Origin: Pelomyxa schiedti
Lineage: Eukaryota > Protista > Evosea
Assembly: GCA_020536535.1 (NCBI GenBank)
Contig: JAHLWZ010000406.1
Coordinates: 62,001-126,000, forward strand
Direction of reading: 5' to 3'
Length of the DNA stretch: 64,000 nucleotides
Below the pieces are notes generated by a model. It saw only the letters and a program-made list of their open reading frames with translations. It was not told the origin of the DNA and did not search any database. The position numbers and the translations under genes were made by a program. Positions 49,901 through 61,679 of the stretch are shown in pieces; the stretch's first letter is position 1, and every line of letters starts with the position of its first letter.

Positions 49901-52900
49901 CAATTTGTCAATTGCTACCATAGTATGGAGTTCATGCGTGTTCATTGCAGCCTTTCAACACCAAAAAAGGAATTTATGATAATGTGAAGAAATGGGCAAA
50001 AACTGAGAAAGCAAGAATACCTAGCATCAATTTATTGGGTACTATGTTGTTCCTTGATCCCGCCCTACTGCAGTCCAAATTGGACGAATTCCTGCCCCTG
50101 TTGTTCAGTGGCTTCAAGGTTGAGGCAGTTCGTTATTCCATTTTCCTCATTTTTTGCAGGAGAAGAAAACTGAGATGCTTCAAGCAATTCTTTCTTTTAT
50201 CACTAATCAATTCCAACCAAAGAGTATTCCTTCAAGGTTTGTTATACAGGCTAACCTCTGCTCATGATATTTTTAGTTATGTTACTTTCTACAAAGACGA
50301 ATGTGATTTCATTGTATCCAAGATTCTTCCATCTCGTCAGGAGTTAAAGGGATCTAAATTTCCCGTTCCTGGAGAACTGCAATTGATCTCTGATATTCTA
50401 CTCGCCATGGTAATCCACGTTATGTCTTTTTTTTAATGATGTAACGTTTTACCATTTCAGGGTAGAAAGTCTCCATATCACATAGCTGATGTAAAACATA
50501 TAAATTTAATACTCAAAGGTGGCACACCACAAATGGAATTTCCCATTGAGGCAAGGGGTGTAATCTTCCGTGTTTTGGCACTGATATCTACAGAGACACC
50601 AGAAAACGTTGTCTTCCCCAAAAAAGAAAAAAGAAATTCACCTAAATGCAGCTTACTGAGAATATGGACACTGTAAGAAATGTAATGCAGCGGCACTTTG
50701 AAGACCTGAGTAATGGAATCACACTTTCTATGAATATTTTGTTATGCTTTCCCAATCTTTGCCAACCTGAGATTCGAGACAAAGTACGTTTTTCCCTTTT
50801 TGTCTTTCTCTAAGCCCCAATAGTGTCTTCCTAATATTTGCAAGTACCTATCTGAAGGAAGGTAATAAGACAAAGAAAAAAAATCCTTTCATACTTCTTA
50901 CAACCTATAGCCCTGATGTTTCCTCAATGGCCCACAGTGCTGTTGTACGGTTTATGACAATGGATCCGAGCAAGCACCTCCCTACCGTTGTTTGGCTGCT
51001 CGTACGTGGCATGCAGCCTATTGTGTCTAGAGTAAGTCTACTGGAACTCTGCTGAATATGTTTCTTATAGTATACAGACTGCGGAAGAGATTCTACAGTT
51101 TATAAAGCCACTATGCAGTCTTCTTGACATGTGGCAAAATCATATGCAATCCAACAACCTAACGGCATCAATACCAATTGAAGCTTGGGTTGATCTTCGA
51201 GCTTGTCTTGAAGGTACCATTACAGTGTTGTGTGCCCATCTGAGTTTCACCAGGGCTATGCCTTCTACTTTTTTGCTACAACGAACCTGTGGTCTGGACC
51301 AAAGCCCTTTTCCTTTTGGATTTATTAACCAAGCCAGCTTTTGTGTATGCACCTGGAAATGTTAATTGTGTATAATCTTTGGCAGTGAAATTGAAACCGG
51401 TTCTTCATGTGAAGGTCACTTTTCTCCCTCCTTCAGAGGTGTTGATACATCAGCTGCTGTCTGGTTTCAGAATTTATCTGATTTTCTGAGAACCAAAGGG
51501 GGCACATGTGAGGTGTGGTCTGCCGAAAAGTTTAGCATGTAACATGTATACAGGCATATGGCAGAGCAGTTTCGTGGTGTTGGGATACCTTAAATTCTAG
51601 TAAAACTTGGCTTTCTGGTCAAGTACCCCATTGGAAGAACCTATTAAGATTCATGCTGTTAAGTACAAGGGTCAAGACAGAGAATGGTATTCGTAACCAA
51701 GTGGGCCTTCCTAAAAACAAAAAGACCCAGGCCAAATTTTTATGAAAGATATAGTCACTCATTACTTCACTGGTACTCCTGATATGGAGTTCGCTATCTC
51801 TGATAGCATACCTGAGATCCACCCTTCCTGGTGAGGTTTCCACTTCATTGTCATTGTTTCACATCCACTCCACATTAGCATGGGGGCTGTGATGTCCGCC
51901 ATCATGGACCAAGAAAAGCAACAGAGGGACAGTTCAAAGAGAAAAAGAAAAGAGCAATTTTATCATCAAGTTGGTCCGGTAATAACTGAACGTACCCTTA
52001 CCCTACCACAGGAGCCAGTCATTACACTCCACTCACGCATTATGTCCTCTCTTCCTCGAGATGTGTACTCAACTACTCCCGTAATTCGCGAAGTACCTCC
52101 TACTACTACAACAGCAGGGAATTAACCATACAAATAAGGCCTTCAGAGCCATTGTTTTATTCTGGAATACAAACCCAACTGGTCTTGAGAATCACCACTA
52201 CACATTGAAATGTCAAATCGCAGGGTGCATTGAGAAATTCATCAGAAATGAAGGCATTTGCTTGCCAATTCAATTGATTACTAAAAGTCCCTTAATTTTC
52301 CTTTCCCTTGCCTCTTGTAGGAGAATTTTTCCTCCGTAAGTTATTGAGCTCCCCACAAAGTGTTTACTGATTTCTTTAATAGGTCTCTCTGGTGATTCAA
52401 CAGCTACATTCCCTATAAGGGATCCCGAGTTTTCAACAACAATGTTTCTCAATCTTAAGCGCTTGTTGGGTGTACAATCTGGGGCTGGTGGCTCCAAATC
52501 AAGTACATTTGAACAAAGCGTTGTAAAAACTGTTGCTCTTCTTATACAATTCTGCGAGTTTTCTCCAGAATTCTTTAAAACAAAGGTAGCGAACCAGTCC
52601 TAAAGAAAATCTCATGGGTGTTAGATATACCCTTTCCTTTTGGAAGCTCTTGACCTTGGGCCACATATGCAAGAGGACGTCATGAGCACTCTTGTTTTCC
52701 TCCTTCAGTTTGTTGATCCGAGTGAGCTCTCTGAGAAATTATTTATGACTCTTTATTAGGCGATGCACAGAATTTGCTGAAACTTTTGTTGAGAGGAGTT
52801 TCTCGAATTTCCCTCCAGTTGGTGAACCTCCTGATCTACTGAAAATGATGTCACCGTTAGTTCATATGCAAGCTCTGGTGAAAAATTTCTCCAATTTATT

Positions 52901-55900
52901 TGACTACTGGGCTTCGTTATGGACACCTGCAAAAATGTGATACCTACTGCCCCTTTCACATAGCCTAAACAAGAACTTCTAGGGCGTGCCTGACAATGTT
53001 TCACATGGCAGTGAATCCTTGCGTAGATGCTCAGAAGGTCTGCTCATTGTTGTACAACCACTTTGTACTTACATTGTTAGAGTGCTATCGAATTTGCCAA
53101 CTTCTTGGCCCTTGCAACTTCTTCTAAACCAACATCTCCAAACTACACTCCCAGTGTGCACCTCCCCTCTCTCTTTTACCCGAGTGTGTATTCTTACAAT
53201 CACATGGCCTTAAGGTAAATTATCGACTTTTTCCTTCCTAATACTTTCAGATATTCTGCATCTCTTGCCGATTCCTTGTTAACTGAGACGCCACTCATTT
53301 TCTCCCATTTTGACAAATATATTGAGAACTTTGATACCAATAGGCGTAGTACACTCCTAAATGTTGTTTATCAGTCATTCCGTGTCTTTCCCTCACCTGG
53401 CACATAGCTACTCCCACATTGGGCCAGAAATTTCAGCTCTCTGGTAAAAGTAGATTCTAGGGCTGCAGAGTATGAATAACTCATTAATTTCTTCAGTAAA
53501 CACACTTCAGACATGTACTCCAATCACTTTTTTCCATATCTTCCAAGTGTTTTCAACCCGAACTGTTCCTACCATTACAAGAAATCTGGCAAGGAGTTAT
53601 GTATTCTGCCTCCAACGAGGTAAGAAAACGAATTAACAACGCAAATTCTTGTGTGACACCAACAAGGTGGCAAATTTGATTGTTGAATTTGTTGTTACTA
53701 AGTCCGTAGAAAAGCTAGATGATAGAGCTGCATTTGAAGTCTGCAGCACTTGCTTACTTTGTACTTATCTGGAAACTTGAACACTGTTATCTTTACTAAT
53801 CCTAGTCAGTTGTTTGTAGAACAAATAGTGCTGAAAACGTGATTTCAAACCTTGTGAACCGTATACACAGTTATCCAGCAGCACCTCTCTCGCCTGAAGA
53901 TTTCCTTTCTCACGTTCTTCTGGAAGGTTTTTTTTCCTTCCAAGACTTTTCACCTGTTAACTTGCTGTGGAGGGCTTCCTCAGTCTGAAGTGCAAAGTTG
54001 CGAGAAGAAAGCTTTTTCACTTCTTTCAAAACCAATGTACGAAAACTTCGAAGTTTGTGGGAAGCATCTTCCCCTCATTTTCCAAAACGCTTGTATTCTG
54101 TTCTCCCCCCCGCATCCCCATGCGGTATCCAGCTCTTTCTTTTTTTTTCCCTGTTAATTTGAACCCAGGTATCTGAAGCTGACTTCGTTCTGAATTCCGC
54201 TCTATTGTCTGTGATAACACCACATCCAGGAGATACAGAGTGGTCAAATGTCCGGAAGCAAGCCGAAGCTTTACTCCCTAAAAAATCGAAATGGAGCACG
54301 CCTGATTTGCAGTGCCTTGTGGAAGTGCTAGCTCCCAAATTGTAACGCAATGGTTTTCCCCTTTTTGTGATCACTGATTTCCCCCAATTCAGCCCTGATC
54401 TACGTGAGTCTTGGGCTGATCTTTGTCTTGACTGGGCCGTACAGCTCGCCGACGAGGAGGCAGCCATAGATAGTGTACACTTGTTCACTTTACTATGTCT
54501 GCAATACAATCTTCCTCGTAAGTCTCCATTGTCATTTCCCCTTCGCTTAGTCCTTTACAGGCATTAACAAGCTTGTATTGGGTTTGCTCAAGGCAGTAAT
54601 TTACAACCAAGATCTGCTTCGCGATGCCTACTTTGAGGCTCTCCTTAACGTGCCACTGGAGGTATACCACTTGTACATGTAATAGCTGACATTGACAGGT
54701 ACAAAAAAATTGGCAATGCTGGCGCCTATTGGGTGTTGCTGGAGGATCGATGTGCGTGACGTGCAACATCGACCAGTATTTGTATGGCTGTAGGTTGCTA
54801 AAAAAGGTTTTATCTTGTGAGCAGTCTGTTAAGCTGGCTGTGGAGCTAGATAGTCTTTGGAACCAACCTCTGGACATGGAAGCAGTTATACTGAGGTTTG
54901 GTGTAACAACACTTTTTTACGTTCTCACCAATTCAGGGGCCTTTCATACCCTGAGACTGTCTCAGATGGGTTGTGGCTCTGTGATACTTGGATAAAGACT
55001 CATCAAAACGCCCCAGTCAATCTTGTTATCATTTCGGTACTTGTTCACACCATTCAGTGCATCACAAAGTCACCAGTTACTGCCGCATTTCAAGCTCTGC
55101 AATTTATTCATGCCGCAGGTTGTTGGCATTCACTTTCCCTCCATCCTCTGAAATCTTTGAAATAGGGAACGAAACTCTTATGCAGTTTGAAGACGTCTTC
55201 ACACATATGGATCTCCGAGATGTCCCCTTGCAGAAACAACCCGATCCTCATTCATTGTTATCTGAGTTTTTCACTGTTTTTTGTGGTGTGTTTCCGGAGG
55301 ACAACCACCATCAGCTTGTACTCGATACCTTGCTTGTACTTTTACACAGGGGGCAGAAAAAATGGAGGGTTACGTTATTGTATCTCATGACTTCTGTTTT
55401 AACCAGGTACACATTTCTTTGTTTGGTGAAAAAAAAAAACCTCACCCTAACACAGTTGGGGATCTTCATTGTGCGATTTGAGTACAACTCGCCGTATAGT
55501 TGAAGTTATAGTGTATTTCAGTCAGGCACAAGAAAGTATTGAACATTTTTGGTACTTCATCATTATAATCGCTTCTCAGCTGAAACAGCGAATGCCGCAA
55601 CAGCACTTCTACCATTTGTTCTACAAAATATACCTGAAGGCATACCAGTGAAGGTTAGACATGCAATTTTCTTTCTGCAGTACTCACAATTACCAGTACT
55701 TTGAGTACCTGCGACCATCTCCCCCAGAAATAACCACTGCTAGCGGCAGGAGATTTTTGGGAGAGACCGAGGCCAACACAATGTAACAACCTCTACTAAG
55801 CTGTCAACAAATTAACCGTTTCCAGTGCTGAAAAGCTGCATTGTGGGAAAAAGGTCATGCAAGTTGCATTTGGCCTCCACGACGATGTTCCCCAGCTCCA

Positions 55901-56071
55901 AAATTTTACCACGGAGGTTATTATACAACGTGCAGAGAGTAGGCCGACTGACGCTCCTCCACACAAGAACGCCCGTATGAACACTTTTTTTTTAAAATGA
56001 GTAACCCTTGAACAGAACGCAGACCCTATGCCCCACCCCCAATCCCAAAGGACACAGACAGCAACATGTGA
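46983..56071 (+). CDS. Large SH3 + Pro/Ser/Thr-rich + Furry/Tao3/MOR2-like HEAT/ARM scaffold
   Basis: SH3: VKAKHAFKATSENELDFPK|GAMII...GWAQ|GEYEGKKGWFPANF. About 350 aa PxxP-rich. Furry-like segments IAAENLGVISGQQLDPVVRLF, IYDNVKKWAKTEK and WADLCLDWAVQ. Many short introns; stop about 56071. Confidence 0.65.
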
Positions 56072-56295
56072 GGGAATCCTTTTTACAAACGGGCACAGTG
56101 TAAAAACAGAATTAAAAAATAAAGAGTTTTGTCAGGGCAACCGTTGTTCCCGTTGCCACTGGAACAGACTTCAGATCGCCGGATTAGAATGGTAAGAGAT
56201 TCACCCAGGCTAAGCAGGACACTTGGGGCACCCTTCCCCTGCGTAGCATTTACAAGATAGCGGCGTCAACGAGAAGTTGGTTCTAGGTGCGGCGA

Positions 56296-59200
56296 ATGAG
56301 CACCCCCAGAAAACGCCTCCCAGCGGGCTCTTGGCTCCCCCTGGGGTATACCCTCCCCAACAAAAGAGGTCGCGTCGAGGTCGGTGCCGTGTGCCCCTGC
56401 CGCCACTTGTTCTCTCCCGCGGGCCGCCCGTCCCCCCACGCGCCCTCGTCTCCTCGTGCTGCCGCCTCTGCCGCGTGCCCTCTGCCGCTCGCCAAGCACC
56501 ACCCCCTGCGTGCCCGTTCCTCGCTCGGCGCCATGGCTTGGTGGCGCGGACAGAGGGCCAGGGCCAGGGCCAGCAGGAAGCGGCGCGGCCCGCTCTCCGA
56601 GGATGCACTGTCCAACCCTTTTTCGGAAGGTGCTGGTGCCGCCGCCGCCGCCGCCGCCACTACACGACGTGACGCAAAGTCAACTGAGGAATCTGCCACT
56701 GTCGAGCTTCACCAAGAAAGTGCGGCCGCAATGCCGGTTCCGGGTGCCCCACGACGCCAACTTCTTTTGGAAAGAAGACACTTGTTGGACTTTATGCTGA
56801 GTCACGTTGCTTCGATGAATCCCTCCTCTCTGCAGGGGGCTGATATTGTGAAGCTTGTGAGCTACCTTAAGAGTGTGGAAGACCAAGAACGGCAAAGACG
56901 CTCTGCTCTGGTGAAAGCGGCTACAAATATCCATGAAGCTCCAGCACGTACATCAAATTGTTACCAGGTGCTGCGTTTTATGCTTCAGCATCCCGAACAA
57001 CAGATCAGTTTAGATGCAAAACCTGAAGATGTCTTGAGGTGGGCCGCAGAGGCAATGGATGCTGATGTTGCATTTGAAGACTACAGGAGAACGAATGTAT
57101 GTGCCGTGTGATTATACGAGTATGTGGTTAATAAACCCACAGATGGAAACAGCACTGGAGAGGCTCCTGACCTGCATCAAAGATCCTGAATTCAACAGAG
57201 CTTTAACAAATGAACACGAAACCTTGGAGACTATTGTGCCATTCATGGTTAACAACACCGCACTCTTTACACCAGAAATGCTTTTGCGCCAGCCTGAAGA
57301 GCTAGTCCGCTCCATTAGCCAGAAGATAGCTGAAGAGAAGACCAGGATTATTGCTGTGAGTCCCTAAGAATTTTATTTGGGTTAATTCTTTCTTCCCCAG
57401 ATTTCTTCTGCAGCCAAGGTTCTCCTCTCAGAAGTCCCACATGCACAATTGTTTAGGACTCTGGTTTTGAATATATTTTCTCCTGAAGGCTTGTGTGAAT
57501 CTATGTCGAACTTCAGTGAGAACTTTCAGCTTCTTGGGCTTAGGTTGCAACCAAAAGATAACACCCAAGCCAACCGGCTTGTAGAAGAACCCATATTTCC
57601 TCTTAAGGATAGAGACGATGTACTTGCCAAAATACTCAAATCACTCAGGACTCAACCAGTTAAACATACTGACAAGAACACCAAAAAACCCCTTATTTTT
57701 GTTTGTGGAGCCCCTGGAAGTGGCAAGGTTTTTCCCCAAAACAAAACGTGTAACCTCATTTACAACAAAAAAGTCCAGGGTGTTGGACGAACTGATGAAT
57801 ACTTTTGAAGAAAATCTCTCTGGAAAAAGGGGTGCTTTGTCAGATTTGGTAGGCCCCAAGGTAGGTCGCCAGACCAGTTGCACATCTGTAACCTGGAATG
57901 GTAACACTCCATACAACCAAGCAATTGATAAGAATGGCCTTAGTGGCCTTTTTCTCCGACTTCTATTTTCGTAAGACATGTGCTTAGGCCACAGTGTGTA
58001 TCCTGTTCTGATATTAACATATATTACTAGGCATTGGTTTCAAACGAAGGAGTCCGACTATGAGACATTTTTCCAGTGTATTGCTAATTGGGATCAAATT
58101 GAAGCAAACATTGACACAGCACTGGACACGCTAATACAAGCCATGGCGCTTCAGAGTCGAAAAAAATATCTGCTGTTGTGTGTCGATGAAATTCTGAAAA
58201 CAGATGAGAATCTTCGAGATGACGGAAACTCACGCAAAATATGTCACAAATTGGCTTCTCTGCTAGATAAATACTCCAAGAAAAAGCACAAGAAGGAAGA
58301 AGACAAGAAGTACATTGTTCTCATGATTGTGATGTCATGCCTCAATGAAGGTTGGGTTGCAGAGAGAAAGACCGAGTCTGTGCGTCTTATTTCTCACAAG
58401 TTGGAACCACTTGTATTTGATTCACGACAAAAGCTTTTCAAGTCCCATTTCCGCCATCCCGGAGTGAAAGCTGGTCTTATGAAAGCACTCAGTGACACTG
58501 GTGGCCATGCTTGCTTGCTTGTTGGACTGCAGGGATGGCTGACAATGGAAAGTGAGTCTGCTTATTCACTTCTTCAAAGAAAAGTCTACTGCTTGAACGC
58601 GATTGTCAGCAGAACCCGATCCATTTTTCAAATGTCGTTGTACCCATATGAGATAATCAGTGCTGTTATCAGTGCCAAACAGCTTGCCTCATCGAGTTTG
58701 ATTGGAAGACGCACTTTCTCAGAGCTCATCGCCAGTGGGGTCATTTTTTCTAAGGGCTCTGTTCCCTGTCTGAGTGTCATGAACTTACTTTGCTTCTCCA
58801 ATGAAAACTTAGAATATCGGCCCAGTGTGGACAAAGACAATCCTAAAGAGTTTACTGCAATTGCCCACCGTCTAGTTACAGTTTATAAAGACCCTCTCCC
58901 TGCCATTAAAACACTGCTGAAGGTTATGCTTAACCCTGAGTCAGACTGGTCAACTGGGAAGCCACTAGAAGACTTTCTTTCTCTCCACCCACTTCTGCTG
59001 ACCCTTTGCAACTCCAAACAGGATGACAGAACATTCTCCTTATCTGAGATGTTTGGGAACCCTTTCTTCATTACGGAAGACTTTCCGGATCTAGAAGTGA
59101 ACTTTCCAAGGACCCCAAAATTCTTATGTTGGAACGTTGAAGTGCCAGTATCACCTGGCATGTCTCGGAAGCACTCATTTGTCTGGTGGGCAAAAAAAAA

Positions 59201-59703
59201 AGTTGATTCACTCACCACCGGAACTGTCATACGTTGTAATCACACAAACCCCGGGTATTATCTACCCATAACATAATTTCCCTTCTCTCAAACACCAATC
59301 AACAACTTATCAAACTCAGGTTTGAAACAGCGTTTCTGTTGAACTCAGTTACCGGAAAGAAGGTGGTTGTGTGCCTGGAGACCAAGTATTATGAGATTGG
59401 AAGCACATCTTCCCTGTCGCCTAGAGAAATCCGTAACAAATGGGACAAGACAAAGAAACAAATGCAACCACTCATGGAGAATCCAGAATGGGAGGGCCTC
59501 ACACTCGTTCTGATATGTGTTGCCTTGGGGAAATTAGCTTCCCGGTTCCGGATGCCAAATGACCTTGACCCTGGTGCCAACATTGTAGTTGTGGACAGAG
59601 CTGGTTTGATAAGCTATCTAGGGCCAACTATGTCTTGCCGCCTCGATGCCATTGTGGTATTGTTCCTTTTAACTCTTACGTTTCACTGATTTAGGTAGAA
59701 TAA
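56296..59703 (+). CDS. Crinkler/RHS-type P-loop NTPase fused to a C-terminal PD-(D/E)xK REase-like domain
   Basis: Walker A GAPGSGK|S, VTWNGNT, Walker B LLLCVDE, LEPL, SDTGGH, GKPLEDF and NPG|FETAF...VCLETKY. Start codon uncertain (56296, 56533 or 56731). Confidence 0.72.
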
Positions 59704-59829
59704 TAACCCAGCCTTGCTGAAGCATAAGGGACGCGCTTTGGTGCATGGAAGAAGGTAGCTTTCAGAGGAAAAACAACAAGTGAAAAAACCCTTTTGCAAG
59801 AAAATCTTTTGGGTTGGAGACAGGAGGTA

Positions 59830-61518
59830 TCAGTCATAGAGGGACTTGGTGACAAATTCCTGGAAAGAGAGCCCATTCATCTCATCAGAGGTTACTGTGT
59901 CAACAATGTCAAACTTGGTGTCCAGTTTGTCGTCTAGTAGTTTCAAGAAGTCATGTGCCCCGCTGTCATTGCCGATTTGGATAAATGTAAGGCTCAGCTC
60001 TTCTTCACATTTCACTTTGTTTGCGGCTTTCTTAATGGTGGCAATAACAGCATCAGTCGAGTCTGTTTATTTTATGGTCAGGGATAAATGAGTAACAGAA
60101 ACAATGGTTGGAATGTATTGCGTTAAGGAATACCTGGGCTCCCATCAGTGATGCAGAGAATGGTGGTTTTGCGTCTAGTTCCTCCAAAATGCTCAGAAAA
60201 TGCTGCCTCCAGCACGGACGCCAAGTCCGTGGATCCATCGGGTGAGTTCTTCTTGAAAATCTGCGTAGAGGAAGGATTGGAATGTTGCCATGGACCATGG
60301 AATGAGGTGCATTTCGTACCGCTTGGACTTTGTTCTTGTCCATAATGTTTTCATGCTTTGTGTATGTGTTGCTGAAGAGGTACAGTGTTATGCCGTCAGG
60401 ATCAGCTCCACAGACCCACGGACCTGAGGAAAGAAGTTGTATTAGATATGACAAGATAAGAATTTGTCAGGGACATGCCAAGTGTTTGGAGAGTGGTGCC
60501 AACATCCCTCCACTTGTTATCGGAACCCATGGAGCTAAAGGGAGAACAAGTTAAGACTGAAATCACAAGCAAAAACTCGTACCCACTCTTGTCAATGATA
60601 ACAATGTAGTCCCGGGCCAAGTCGACATTGTTTGGATCCTGCCTTCCTGCCTGTACATCAGCAAAGAATTTTGTTTTGCCGAATCCTTCAAATTCCTTTG
60701 CAAGAGCTGCCTCAACATATGTAAGCTGAATGTGGATTTTCCCTTCAGTTATGTCTGTGAGGTAGTGCTGTCAACCACATGTTGCGAAGTTGTAACAGTA
60801 ATTAAACCTTGCAGGTCCACCCACATTTCTTTGGGCTCATTCTTTGGCTCAATATCAGTAACTTAGTTGAAGTCAAATGAAAGTCCACTGTAAGTAACGG
60901 CATGTTATACTTGGAATTTGGTACTGTCCCAGAGACACCCCGCTATGTGCTGAATCAGAAACCCTGATGGTAATTCGTGCATCAGCCGTATCCACAGGAA
61001 TAATAAAGTGCTCGTCCCACTTTGGAGCAACAGCTGCACACAACCATCATAAGCTCAATTTTGCACAACACAATACGTGAGAGTGAATTTAATAAGTGAG
61101 GGATAAATATCCGCACTATTTGAAACAGGCTTTGTAGAGAAGAATGATCCTTCAACACCCTCAACACCAACAGCCGCCCTCGCAGTGGGCTCAGCCCCTG
61201 GTTCCGCCCTCAACTCCTTCGCCTCTATCACCTGTATAATCAACCACAGTCTTACTCATACGGCATTTCAACAAGCAAGGGGGCGAAAGAACAACAACAG
61301 CAACAGCAACAAACAACAAACAACCCAAAAAAAAAAAAAAAAAAAAGGCCAAACAAGAGAGAAGCAGACTTGGCACTTACCTTAACGTGAATATCAGCTA
61401 CGGTGCCGTGTTTGACTGTGGGTTTGGGAGCAGGTCTGGGTGTGGATGCGGCCGTCGACGGCGGGGCCGACGATGACGACGGTGACGACGACTTGGGTTT
61501 GCTTGAATCACCTCCCAT
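59830..61518 (-). CDS. C2 + vWA domain protein with possible N-myristoylation (MGGDSS)
   Basis: C2: IHVK|VIEAKEL...STKPV...WVDLQ...GKIHIQLTY. vWA: RDYIVIIDKSG|SM, DPDGITLYLFS, GSTDLASVL, ITDG and FIQIGND...FLKLLDD...KFDIVDT. MIDAS motif intact. Confidence 0.85.
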
Positions 61519-61679
61519 CTCAAATACGAAAGCCTGCGACCGTCGAGCGGTTGTTTCTTGTTTGTTTGTGAGAAATTTCCAGTATTTTCCTGTTGTCGAC
61601 AAGCCAACAGCACGACAGTGCAGCACCTGAAAGAGGAAACTAAAAAAACCACACTTCCTGTGAAGCGGCGGCACTGTTC

